Source: Phycisphaeraceae bacterium
GTDB lineage: Bacteria > Planctomycetota > Phycisphaerae > Phycisphaerales > UBA1924
Assembly (NCBI GenBank): GCA_019636535.1
Contig: JAHBXK010000018.1
Location: 2,120 to 66,119 of the forward strand
Reading direction: 5' to 3'
Length of the DNA stretch: 64,000 bases
Shown: positions 30,986 through 39,177 of the stretch, one piece after another
How positions within the stretch are numbered: the first letter of the stretch is position 1
Layout: each line of letters starts with the position of its first letter
Program-made: the position numbers and the translations under genes
Notes under the pieces: generated by a model
Seen by the model: the letters and a program-made list of their open reading frames with translations, nothing else
The model's database searches: none
What the model was told of the DNA's origin: nothing

Positions 30986-32305
30986 TCAGTTCGTTGTGCC
31001 CGCGGCCAGCGCGCGGGCCTGAGCCTTCACGTCCGCTGCGCTGTCGCGGTGAGCCTGGAGGATCCTCCGCCACTCGGCGGGCAAGCGATCGGGCGTCTGC
31101 CCGACGGGTGTGGCCCCCGGCGGCGTTTCGACCAGCAACTCCGGATAGTCGGTCAGCGCACGCTCGGCCTGCTCGATCATCTCCTCGATCGCGGGGAGGC
31201 GCTTGATCGTCCGCTCGCCAGCGCGCCGACGCTTCCATTGATCCTCGGTCCGCCGAGATCGCGTCGACTCTCGCAGGTCGGCCCGAACGTCGCGCAGGTC
31301 GCGGTCGATGCGCTCCAGCGCAGCGCGAACCTCCGCCCGGGCCGACGTGAGGTCCGCCCGCACGTCCACGCGCTCAACGCCCGACGCGTTCACGCCCGCG
31401 CTGGTCAGGAACTGCGTGATCGACCCCGAGCCGGCACGCGCCAACCCCAGCCGCTCGACCGTCCGAGCGTCGATCGACACGCTCAACGCCTGCTCGTCAG
31501 CGCCCGCCGGCCCGGCGAGCACGCCCCACGCGAACTCGGCCTCCGAGGCCGGCAACTCGAACACCACGCTCGAGACCGACGACTGCCACGGATCGGGCGA
31601 AACCCACCACGCCGCCCGCGCTGGGCGGGGCAGAACGTCGCTCAGTTCAACACCCAACCCGCGACGTGCGCACGCCGATGCGAGCAACGACTGCACCCGC
31701 GCACGAGACGCGCTGACCGCCGCTTCGGCTTCGCGCTCGGCATTCGTCGACACCCGCACCATCGCGGGCGGCTCGGGAAGGTCCTGCCCCTTCGAGGCCG
31801 CGATCCGCACGCCGGGACGGATCATCGCGTCGTCGGCGATCAGTGCGAGCGCTGCGGCTCCGCCACCGACCGGCGCTTCTCCCGGCCCCGACTCGAGCAC
31901 GACGTACACGCGAACCGGACGCTGGATGCGGCCGCCCTCCGCGTCGACCAGCCGCTCCCTGGTCGAGGCGAGCAGCCCGGCGAGCTCAAGCAGCAGGTCC
32001 GGCCGATGCCCGCGGAAGCCCAACTCCAGCACGACCGCACCTCGCTGGGTCTCCACCGCGCGGTCGATGGCGCTGCGGATCTCGGCGATCTGCTTGGCGC
32101 AGTGCAGATCACGGACGAGCCGGATGTGCATCGCTCGCGTGTTGATGCGAGCAGCCGAACCGGAGCCTGTCGAGGGTTGCCGTGTGTCGATCACCGCGGT
32201 TGTCGCTGCGCCCGCGCTCGGCAGCGCAGAAGCAATCGCAGAAGCAAGCAGCGCAAGCACGAACGCCGCACGAATGACACTGGACGATCGCGGTTGGAAC
32301 TTCAC
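30986..32305 (-). CDS. Secreted hypothetical protein with N-terminal ClpP/NfeD-like-looking region and coiled-coil C-terminus
   Basis: GTG at 32305 gives VKFQPRSSSVIRAAFVLALLASAIASALPSAGA (signal peptide). The longer ORF to 32761 would run into the PEP-CTERM gene. The fold assignment is speculative. Confidence 0.5.
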   Translation of the reverse strand: MKFQPRSSSVIRAAFVLALLASAIASALPSAGAATTAVIDTRQPSTGSGSAARINTRAMHIRLVRDLHCAKQIAEIRSAIDRAVETQRGAVVLELGFRGHRPDLLLELAGLLASTRERLVDAEGGRIQRPVRVYVVLESGPGEAPVGGGAAALALIADDAMIRPGVRIAASKGQDLPEPPAMVRVSTNAEREAEAAVSASRARVQSLLASACARRGLGVELSDVLPRPARAAWWVSPDPWQSSVSSVVFELPASEAEFAWGVLAGPAGADEQALSVSIDARTVERLGLARAGSGSITQFLTSAGVNASGVERVDVRADLTSARAEVRAALERIDRDLRDVRADLRESTRSRRTEDQWKRRRAGERTIKRLPAIEEMIEQAERALTDYPELLVETPPGATPVGQTPDRLPAEWRRILQAHRDSAADVKAQARALAAGTTN

Positions 32306-32452
32306 GACGGAGGTTCTCCGGTGCGAGCGTCCCTGCCGCGCGAAGGATGGCCCCGGCGGGCCGTCCGCCGGACTTCCCCCACAGCATACCGAACCAAGCC
32401 TGTCCGCCAAGCGCCGCCGTCCGGCCAGCCGCCGATTCAATGAACAATGCAA

Positions 32453-32483
32453 GCGGCCCCGTCCATTGTCCGGACGGGGCCGC
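32453..32483 (-). terminator. Terminator-like hairpin downstream of PEP-CTERM paralog A
   Basis: 12-bp stem gcggccccgtcc / ggacggggccgc with a 7-nt loop. On the minus strand it is followed by ttgcattgttcatt, a moderately U-rich tail. Confidence 0.5.
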
Positions 32484-32541
32484 AGAGTCATGGCAGGGAT
32501 TGAAAGTAGTGCCGCTTCGCGCTCACCGAGAGGGCTTGCTC

Positions 32542-33201
32542 TCAAGACCGCCGACGGCGGGAAATCATCAAGCCGCCCAGTGCAACCAGGGCGATCGAGC
32601 CGGGAGCGGGGATCGTGTCCGGCACCAGGATCTTGAACAGCGGGTTGTTGTTCGCGTCCACCGGCGTCGCCCAATAGTCGTTCGCGTTCGCAACGGGCAC
32701 GCCCAGATCGGTGTTGTACACGAACGAAGTCGCCCCACCCTTGGCGTAGAAGTCGCCCCACATCGGCTGACGCGTCGAGTCGAACTCGATGAACGTGACA
32801 CCTCCGCCGCTGAAGTCAATTTTGACACCGTAGATCGATTCGCCCGTCGGAAAGCCCGGATTGCCAGCCGAAGGCCCGAACGTCCCGAACTCGGCCTCAT
32901 CGAAGTTGCCGCCGAAGTTCAAGAGGTCGCTCTCTTCGATGTTCTCGGAGAGTTGAAAGATGGCGTGGCTGCTGGCCGGGCTGAGCGCTCCGCCCGCAGC
33001 GTTCGACAGCGTGTATTCATAGTGCCAGGTGCCGTCGCCGTTGGGCGTGATGTCCCAACTCACCATGTAGCCCGCAGCCCAACCGCCGCCGCTGATCAGG
33101 CCACTGCCGGCCGGGGTGGACAGTGAGCCGGTGACCGCAAGGGACGGAGCCACGGCCGACGCGAACGCAATCAAAGCGGGTGCAGCAAACCTCAGATTCA
33201 T
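32542..33201 (-). CDS. PEP-CTERM sorting-domain protein, tandem paralog A
   Basis: MNLRFAAPALIAFASAVAPSLA signal peptide and a C-terminal IPAPGSIALVALGGLMISRRRRS. It shares long identical blocks with the 33480-34169 product (EAEFGTFGP, DSTRQPMWGDFYAKGG). Confidence 0.8.
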   Translation of the reverse strand: MNLRFAAPALIAFASAVAPSLAVTGSLSTPAGSGLISGGGWAAGYMVSWDITPNGDGTWHYEYTLSNAAGGALSPASSHAIFQLSENIEESDLLNFGGNFDEAEFGTFGPSAGNPGFPTGESIYGVKIDFSGGGVTFIEFDSTRQPMWGDFYAKGGATSFVYNTDLGVPVANANDYWATPVDANNNPLFKILVPDTIPAPGSIALVALGGLMISRRRRS

Positions 33202-33320
33202 GGATCTCTCTCTCAACTCTGGTCCGGCTGTCGCCGGTTGGAGGCGAATGACCACCTATTTTGGTGGGAACAAAGCGTATTCTGGATTCAAAGTGAACGA
33301 TGTCAAGGTCGAACCCTAAG

Positions 33321-33352
33321 AAAAATCGCCCGAATCCGAGACTCGGGCGATT
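33321..33352 (-). terminator. Rho-independent terminator downstream of PEP-CTERM paralog B
   Basis: On the minus strand, a 10-bp stem aatcgcccga/tcgggcgatt (33343-33352 with 33324-33333) is followed by a U-run (aaaaa at 33321-33325 on the + strand). Confidence 0.65.
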
Positions 33353-33479
33353 ACCGGACTGTTCGAGGCGTTCTGCTTGTTTCAGTCCATGATCAAGTGA
33401 CGCAAATCGCTGTTAAAACTTCAGTTAGAATCTTTTAGATTCAGTTCGTGCGACTGGCCGAGCGGTGGTGTGGAGCATG

Positions 33480-34169
33480 TCAGTTCCGTCTGCGGCGGAC
33501 AGCGAACATGCCCGCGAGAGCGAGCATGGCAACAGATCCGGGGGTCGGGATGTCTGTTCGAATTGTGTCCGGAACGAGTACCTTGTACAGGGTATTGCCA
33601 CCGGCGTCGATCGGCGTGTCGAAGTAGTCGTTCGTATTGACCGCTTCCACGCCCAGGCTGGCGTTGTACGCATAGGAAGACGGGCCGCCCTTGGCGTAGA
33701 AGTCGCCCCACATCGGCTGGCGGGTCGAGTCGAACGAGATGGTCGTCACGCCGCTGCCGGCGAAGTCGATCTTGATTCCGAAGATCGACAGCCCGGTGGG
33801 GAAGCCGGGGTTGCTCGGGTGCGGGCCGAAGGTGCCGAACTCCGCCTCACCGTAGTTGCCACCGAAGTTGAAGATCTCCTCGGATGTGATGTTGCTCGAG
33901 AGTTGGAAGACCGCGTGGCTGGCACCGGGGGTCAACTGGGCGCCCGCAACGCGCGACAGTGTGTAGTGGTAGTTCCAGGTGCCGTCGGGGTTCTGGTTCA
34001 CGTCCCAGGCGATCTCGAAGCCGCCGTTCGACACGGACCAGTTGCCGCCCGAGACCATGCCCGATGCGGCCGGCGTCGAGAGCGAGCCGGTGTAGGCGTG
34101 GGCGGTCGCGGCGGATGAGGCGATAGCGGCGCCGGCCATGACGGCCAGTGAGGCGGAACGGATTTTCAT
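33480..34169 (-). CDS. PEP-CTERM sorting-domain protein, tandem paralog B
   Basis: MKIRSASLAVMAGAAIASSAATAHA signal peptide and a C-terminal IPTPGSVAMLALAGMFAVRRRRN. Paralogous to the 32542-33201 gene. Confidence 0.8.
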   Translation of the reverse strand: MKIRSASLAVMAGAAIASSAATAHAYTGSLSTPAASGMVSGGNWSVSNGGFEIAWDVNQNPDGTWNYHYTLSRVAGAQLTPGASHAVFQLSSNITSEEIFNFGGNYGEAEFGTFGPHPSNPGFPTGLSIFGIKIDFAGSGVTTISFDSTRQPMWGDFYAKGGPSSYAYNASLGVEAVNTNDYFDTPIDAGGNTLYKVLVPDTIRTDIPTPGSVAMLALAGMFAVRRRRN

Positions 34170-34253
34170 GATGTGTTACTCTCTCTATCCGGGCCGAAGA
34201 CGCGTTCGGCCCTTGTGTGCGATCCGTCCCCGGAACGAAAGGGGAAGCGGAGT

Positions 34254-34265
34254 ACACCCACTATT
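34254..34265. promoter_or_regulatory. Shared 12-mer ACACCCACTATT (copy 2), 85-96 nt upstream of PEP-CTERM paralog B
   Basis: Exact 12/12 identity with 18167-18178. On the gene's coding (minus) strand it reads AATAGTGGGTGT. Confidence 0.3.
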
Positions 34266-34437
34266 CGATTCAGCAAACGCGAAGGCGACCGACCGGGGCT
34301 GAAATCTCTCAGATTTCTGCGCAGCGCGACGGATAACACGCGATGGCGAGTGTTATCCGCCGGGATCCGCTCCGCTTGTGCTTGCTATGAGACGTTGGTG
34401 CCTGCGCTCGCGTTGAAACGCACCACGAGCGATCCGC

Positions 34438-36180
34438 TCACGCGCCGAGTTTCTCGGAGAGGAACGACGCCACCTTGTCCAGCGCCATCCGCTGCTGCGC
34501 GCCCGTGTCGCGATCGCGCAGCGTCACCGTCTGGTCCTTCACCGTGTCGCCGTCGACCGTGAAGCAGAACGGGCAACCCGCCTCGTCCATGCGGGCGTAG
34601 CGCTTCCCGATCGACTGCTTCTCGTCCATCTCGATCGACCCCTGCCGCCAGAACTTCGCCGTCAGCTCGGCGTGCAGCTTCTCCGCGATCTCCGGCATGC
34701 CGTCCTTGTTCACCAGCGGGAACACCGCCGCCTTGATCGGGGCCAACCGCGGGTGCAGCTTGAGGAACTCAGGGCTGGCGCGGCTCTCGTCCTTCGTGTA
34801 CGCCTCGCAGATCAGCGCCAGCGCCCCGCGATCCAGCCCCGCCGCGGGCTCGATGCAGTGCGGCATGTACCACTCCCCCTTCGGCTGGCCGTTGGGCGCA
34901 AGCTCCCCGCGCGACGCGTCGAAGTACTCCATCTTCTGCTTGCTGTGCGTCTGGTGCTGCGTCAGGTCAAAGCAGCCGCGGTGGGCGATCCCTTCGAGTT
35001 CCCCGAAGCCGGGCGCGGTGAAGGGGAATCGGTACTCCACGTCGCTCGTCCCCTGCGAATAGTGGGAAAGCTCGTCCTTCTCATGCTCGCGCAGGATCAG
35101 GTTGTCCCCGGCAAGCCCGATCGACTTCCACCACTCCATGCGGAAGTCGCGCCAGAACTGGTACCACTCGACCGATTCGCTCGGATGGCAGAAGAACTCG
35201 AGCTCGGCCTGTTCGAACTCGCGCGAGCGGAACGTGAAGTTGCGCGGCGTGACCTCGTTGCGGAACGAGCGGCCGGTGTTGCCGATGCCGAAGGGGATCT
35301 TGACGCGCGTGGTATCAACGACGTTCTTGAACTGGACGAAGACGCCCTGCGCGGTCTCGGGGCGCATGTACGCGATGTCACTCTCGGTGGCAGTGGCGCC
35401 GACATAGGTCTTGAACATCAGGTTGAACTGGCGGGGAGGAGTGAGTGAGCCGGCCTTGCCTGTGAATGGAGAGGGGATTGTGGTATGGGTCTGCTCCAAA
35501 ATTCGCATCGGAATCTGGACGAGAAGGCCATGCATCTGGCCGCGTGCCGAATCCATGTCAAACGCATGCCACGATTCAGAGCCATCGATTTGAACGTGCG
35601 CCGCTCGAACATCCAGCCCGCCCAAATCTCGCTTCTTGAGTTCTTGCAGTGCCAAGTGCGCTTCACTTTCGTTCGAGGCGATGAAGGACCTGACGGGAGC
35701 AAGTTGTCCACTCAGTGCTGCTTTGCGGATCCCGGGCCTCTTGGCTTTGTCGATGTACTGGTTCTCCGCTGGAACGACGAATAGGCCCACAAGGTGATCC
35801 GCCCGAAACCGCTGCTTGGTCTCCTTGTCGTCCACCATCGGGTCGTTGAACCCGCCGACGTGCCCGCTCGCCTCCCACACCTTCGGGTGCTGGATGATGC
35901 ACGTCTCCACCGGCACGCAGCGCACACGCTGGCCCCCGGGGCCGCTGCGCCCCCAGCACGGGTTCATGATCATGTCCTGCCACCACGCGTCGCGCAGGTT
36001 CTTCTTGAGCTGCGCCCCCAGCGGCCCGTAATCCCAGAAGCCGTTGATGCCGCCGTAGATCTCGCTGGCCTGATAGATGAACCCCCGGCGCTTGCAGAGC
36101 GCCATGATCGCGTCCATGGACTTGGCGGGGTTGGGAGAAACAGACTCGGGCTTCGGCTCGGCGGCGGTCATGGGCAACAT
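34438..36180 (-). CDS. glyQS: Glycine--tRNA ligase (homodimeric class II GlyQS type) with enlarged low-GC insertion domain
   Basis: RRGFIYQASEIYGGINGFWDYGPLG, QFNLMFKTYVG, MRPETAQGVF, GIGNTGRSFRNE, EFEQAELEFF and a C-terminal anticodon-binding domain. The start is ATG 36180 or 36171. Confidence 0.93.
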   Translation of the reverse strand: MLPMTAAEPKPESVSPNPAKSMDAIMALCKRRGFIYQASEIYGGINGFWDYGPLGAQLKKNLRDAWWQDMIMNPCWGRSGPGGQRVRCVPVETCIIQHPKVWEASGHVGGFNDPMVDDKETKQRFRADHLVGLFVVPAENQYIDKAKRPGIRKAALSGQLAPVRSFIASNESEAHLALQELKKRDLGGLDVRAAHVQIDGSESWHAFDMDSARGQMHGLLVQIPMRILEQTHTTIPSPFTGKAGSLTPPRQFNLMFKTYVGATATESDIAYMRPETAQGVFVQFKNVVDTTRVKIPFGIGNTGRSFRNEVTPRNFTFRSREFEQAELEFFCHPSESVEWYQFWRDFRMEWWKSIGLAGDNLILREHEKDELSHYSQGTSDVEYRFPFTAPGFGELEGIAHRGCFDLTQHQTHSKQKMEYFDASRGELAPNGQPKGEWYMPHCIEPAAGLDRGALALICEAYTKDESRASPEFLKLHPRLAPIKAAVFPLVNKDGMPEIAEKLHAELTAKFWRQGSIEMDEKQSIGKRYARMDEAGCPFCFTVDGDTVKDQTVTLRDRDTGAQQRMALDKVASFLSEKLGA

Positions 36181-36296
36181 CCTTCCGGGTCGGGCAATAA
36201 AGGGGCAGATGGTAGGGAGAAGCACCCACGACGATCCCCGCCGCGACATCTGCAAGAACCGGCGCCCAACCCGCCCGCGGCATCCAATCCTTCACC

Positions 36297-36980
36297 ATGT
36301 CCACCCCCGCCGCCCCCACCCCCCCCACCCCCTTCCCCCACATCCCCCTCGTCCCCCACCGCCTCGCGCCCAACGACACGCCCGAGGCCGCCGCACGCAG
36401 GCACTACGAGACCCTCCGCCTCCGACGCAGTTGCCGCTTCTTCGCCGAGACGCCCGTCTCACGCGAGACCATCGAATGGATCGTCCGCGCTGCGGCCAGC
36501 GCCCCCAGCGGCGCCAACAAGCAGCCGTGGCGCTTCGTCTGCGTGCAGAGCCCCGCGATCAAGAAGCAGATCCGCGACGCCGCCGAGGCCGAGGAGCGCG
36601 AGTTCTACTCACGCCGCGCCACACCCGAGTGGCTCGCCGACCTCGCCCCACTCGGCACCGACGCCGACAAGCCCTTCCTCGAAACCGCGCCGTGGCTCAT
36701 CGTCGTCTTCAAGCTCGCCAAGTCCGACGACGGCGGCCAGGTCTACTACCTCAACGAGAGCGTCGGCATCGCCTGCGGCTTCCTCATCTCCGCCATCCAC
36801 GCCGCGGGGCTGGTCACGCTCACGCACACCCCGAGCCCCATGGGCTTCCTCGGCAAAGTCCTCAACCGCCCGGAGCACGAGCGGCCGTTCCTGCTGCTGC
36901 CCGTCGGCTACCCCGCGCCCGACGCCACCGTCCCCGACATCACACGCAAGCCGCTCGACGAGGTGATGGTGGTGATGTGA
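36297..36980 (+). CDS. Nitroreductase-superfamily flavoprotein, iodotyrosine deiodinase (IYD)-like subfamily
   Basis: RLRRSCRFF, SGANKQPWRF, EAEEREFY...W..DL...GTDADKPFLETAPWLIVVFK and THTPSP. The Glu/Tyr/Lys arrangement is like the IYD active-site lid. Confidence 0.8.
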   Translation: MSTPAAPTPPTPFPHIPLVPHRLAPNDTPEAAARRHYETLRLRRSCRFFAETPVSRETIEWIVRAAASAPSGANKQPWRFVCVQSPAIKKQIRDAAEAEEREFYSRRATPEWLADLAPLGTDADKPFLETAPWLIVVFKLAKSDDGGQVYYLNESVGIACGFLISAIHAAGLVTLTHTPSPMGFLGKVLNRPEHERPFLLLPVGYPAPDATVPDITRKPLDEVMVVM

Positions 36981-37014
36981 GTCTGTCCGCGCTCGCACAG
37001 CTTTACAGACTCAC
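36977..37014. terminator. Inverted repeat spanning both stop codons of convergent genes (possible bidirectional terminator)
   Basis: 10-bp arms gtgagtctgt (36977-36986) and acagactcac (37005-37014) with an 18-nt loop. There is no clear U-tract. Confidence 0.35.
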
Positions 37015-39177
37015 CTTCCGGTTGTACACGAACCACTCCAGCATGATCACGCCCAGCGCCGCCAGCAGCAGGTACGGCCACAGCCGCCGCGTCAGGTCGC
37101 TCAGCCGGTCCGCATCCTCCGCGCTCACCACCTCGCGCGCCAGCGCCAGCCGCGGCAGCGGCGTCGTATCCGACTCAAGCGCGTCCGCAAGGTTCGCCGC
37201 CAGCACACGCACCGCCCGCCCGTCACGCTCCGTGTCCAGCGCCGTCGCCTGACCTCGCCACGACACCGTGTACAGACCCGTCGAGTTCACCGGCCCGAAC
37301 GCGATCGTGCCGTCCGGCCCGGCCTCCAGATCGATCCGCTCCCCGCTGGGAAGGACCAGCCTGATCTCCCTGCTGCCCACGGGCAACCGCGTGCTCAGCG
37401 TCGTGCCCGTGCCGATCTGCGATCCCGCCGCTCCGCCCGTGTTCGCCTCACCAAGATACGTCAGCACATCACCCAGAAACAGAACCCACCCCGCCTCCAG
37501 CGGCCAGTACGTCGCGTTCGGATCGAACGCCACCACCACCGCGTGCGTCACCGCGTCGAGCACTTCCAGCATCACCGGCCCCTTGTCCCCCATCACGATC
37601 GCACGCACCGGCGTGTCCGGCACCAACTCCAGCCGCGGCCCCTTGCCCAGCGCCACGTTCCCGATCCCGCTCAGCGTGAGCGCCGGATGGTCCTTCTCCC
37701 AGTCGGCGATCACCGCCTGATCAAACTCGCCCACCGTCTTCGCGCCCAGCGGCGGAGGCGGAACAACGCCGAGCACAAGGCTCCTTCCGGGCGGAAGCCC
37801 GCGCACGCGCGCGCCCCTCGCCGGCTGCGCTGACCCGCCACCCCCCGCCGCCGCCGGCACGGTCGGCGCCGCGTCAACACCCGGCAACGCCGCCAGCACC
37901 GCCGGGTTCACCATCGGCAGCACCTTGTCGAACACCACCACGTCGTACTGCGCGGTCCGCCCTTCGTCCAACTGCCGCTGAAACTCCGCCAGCGTCAGGA
38001 ACTCAACTCGCGACAGACTCAGGCTCGTCAACGCCCGCTGCAGCCAGTAGTTGCCCTCGCTCACCACCGCCACGCTCAGCCGACGCGCCGGCGGAAACAC
38101 GAAGTACGCCGTGTTGTCCGCCGGGAGCGCATCAACAACGCCCGCCGGCACAACGATCCGCGCAAGCCCCACGCCCCCCTGCGATCGCTCCAGCGGAAAC
38201 ACAAACCCGCCCAGACCCGGCGTGGGCGCCCGCGCCGCGTCCTCCTCCGCCGTTGGCGGCGGCGGCGTCGCTCCCGCCACGTTGATCCCCCGCGCCTGCA
38301 CCACATTCCCGTCGATCGCAAGCTCCACGTCCACCGTCAGCGGCTCGGGCGCGGTCGACTGCAACTCGACGAAAATCGAGAGCTTGTTCGGATCGTCGAA
38401 CGCCCGCGTCGCGCGGATGTTCGTGATCCCGATGTTCACCGACTTCGGGTCGCCCACCGCGTGATAGACCACCGAGTCCACGGGGCTTGTCCGCACGCGC
38501 TCGGCGTCGGGCAACCGGCCGTCCGACAGAATGTGCAGCGTCGCTCCGGGACCCACGGGCACAAACCCGCGCTCCTCCTCGAACTTCTCGCTCCCCGTGT
38601 ACGCGCTCGCCAACGCGTACGCACGCTCCAGCGACGTCGGCGAGTCGGTCGGTGTGATCCGATCGATCGCCGCGCGCAGCTCCGCCTTGTTCGAGGTGAA
38701 CGTCTGCCGCACCTCCGCAACAGTGTCGAAGGCGATCACCATCGCCTCTTCGCCCGATTCGTCCAGCAGCCCCGGCTCGCGCAGGCTCTCAACGATCCTC
38801 AGCGCGGCACGCTTCCCCGCCTCCAGGCGCGTCAACGGCGCGCCGCCGTCAGCCGCGCCGTCAAGCGACGACATGCTCGCCGATCGATCGATGATCAGGA
38901 TGTGCCGCCTGTTCGTCCGGCCCGTGTCGCGGAACTGCGGATCGGCCACCGCAAGGAGAATCAGGCACAGCACGATCAGCTGCAGCAGGAGCAGGATGTT
39001 CCGCCGGAGTTTCTGGAACGGTGCGTTGGCCTGCAGGTCCTGGATCGCCTTCTTCCACAGCAGCGTCGACGACACCTCGACGTCGCGCCGACGCAGCTTC
39101 AGAAAGTAAAGAATGATCAAGGCCGGGATGGCGATCGCGGCGGCGACGGCGGCGGTCGGCCAGGACAGAAAGGTCAT
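37003..39177 (-). CDS. BatA-type N-terminal double-TM + von Willebrand factor A domain membrane protein
   Basis: The N-terminus FLSWPTAAVAAAIAIPALIILYFLKLRRRDVEVSSTLLW is the aerotolerance-regulator (BatA) N-domain signature. vWA MIDAS-like ILIIDRSASMSS, plus a C-terminal TM. Its start overlaps the DUF58 stop (ATGA at 39174-39177). Confidence 0.8.
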   Translation of the reverse strand: MTFLSWPTAAVAAAIAIPALIILYFLKLRRRDVEVSSTLLWKKAIQDLQANAPFQKLRRNILLLLQLIVLCLILLAVADPQFRDTGRTNRRHILIIDRSASMSSLDGAADGGAPLTRLEAGKRAALRIVESLREPGLLDESGEEAMVIAFDTVAEVRQTFTSNKAELRAAIDRITPTDSPTSLERAYALASAYTGSEKFEEERGFVPVGPGATLHILSDGRLPDAERVRTSPVDSVVYHAVGDPKSVNIGITNIRATRAFDDPNKLSIFVELQSTAPEPLTVDVELAIDGNVVQARGINVAGATPPPPTAEEDAARAPTPGLGGFVFPLERSQGGVGLARIVVPAGVVDALPADNTAYFVFPPARRLSVAVVSEGNYWLQRALTSLSLSRVEFLTLAEFQRQLDEGRTAQYDVVVFDKVLPMVNPAVLAALPGVDAAPTVPAAAGGGGSAQPARGARVRGLPPGRSLVLGVVPPPPLGAKTVGEFDQAVIADWEKDHPALTLSGIGNVALGKGPRLELVPDTPVRAIVMGDKGPVMLEVLDAVTHAVVVAFDPNATYWPLEAGWVLFLGDVLTYLGEANTGGAAGSQIGTGTTLSTRLPVGSREIRLVLPSGERIDLEAGPDGTIAFGPVNSTGLYTVSWRGQATALDTERDGRAVRVLAANLADALESDTTPLPRLALAREVVSAEDADRLSDLTRRLWPYLLLAALGVIMLEWFVYNRKVSL

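Noticed and set aside
30986-32761. Full 591-aa version of the minus-strand ORF.
   Set aside because: Its first roughly 150 codons overlap the 3' end of PEP-CTERM paralog A and its terminator hairpin. A GTG at 32305 followed by a clean signal peptide is the more plausible start.
33305-33320. gggttcgacc (minus strand) resembling a tRNA T-arm.
   Set aside because: No acceptor, D or anticodon stems can be drawn around it, and it lies in the 5' region of a PEP-CTERM gene.
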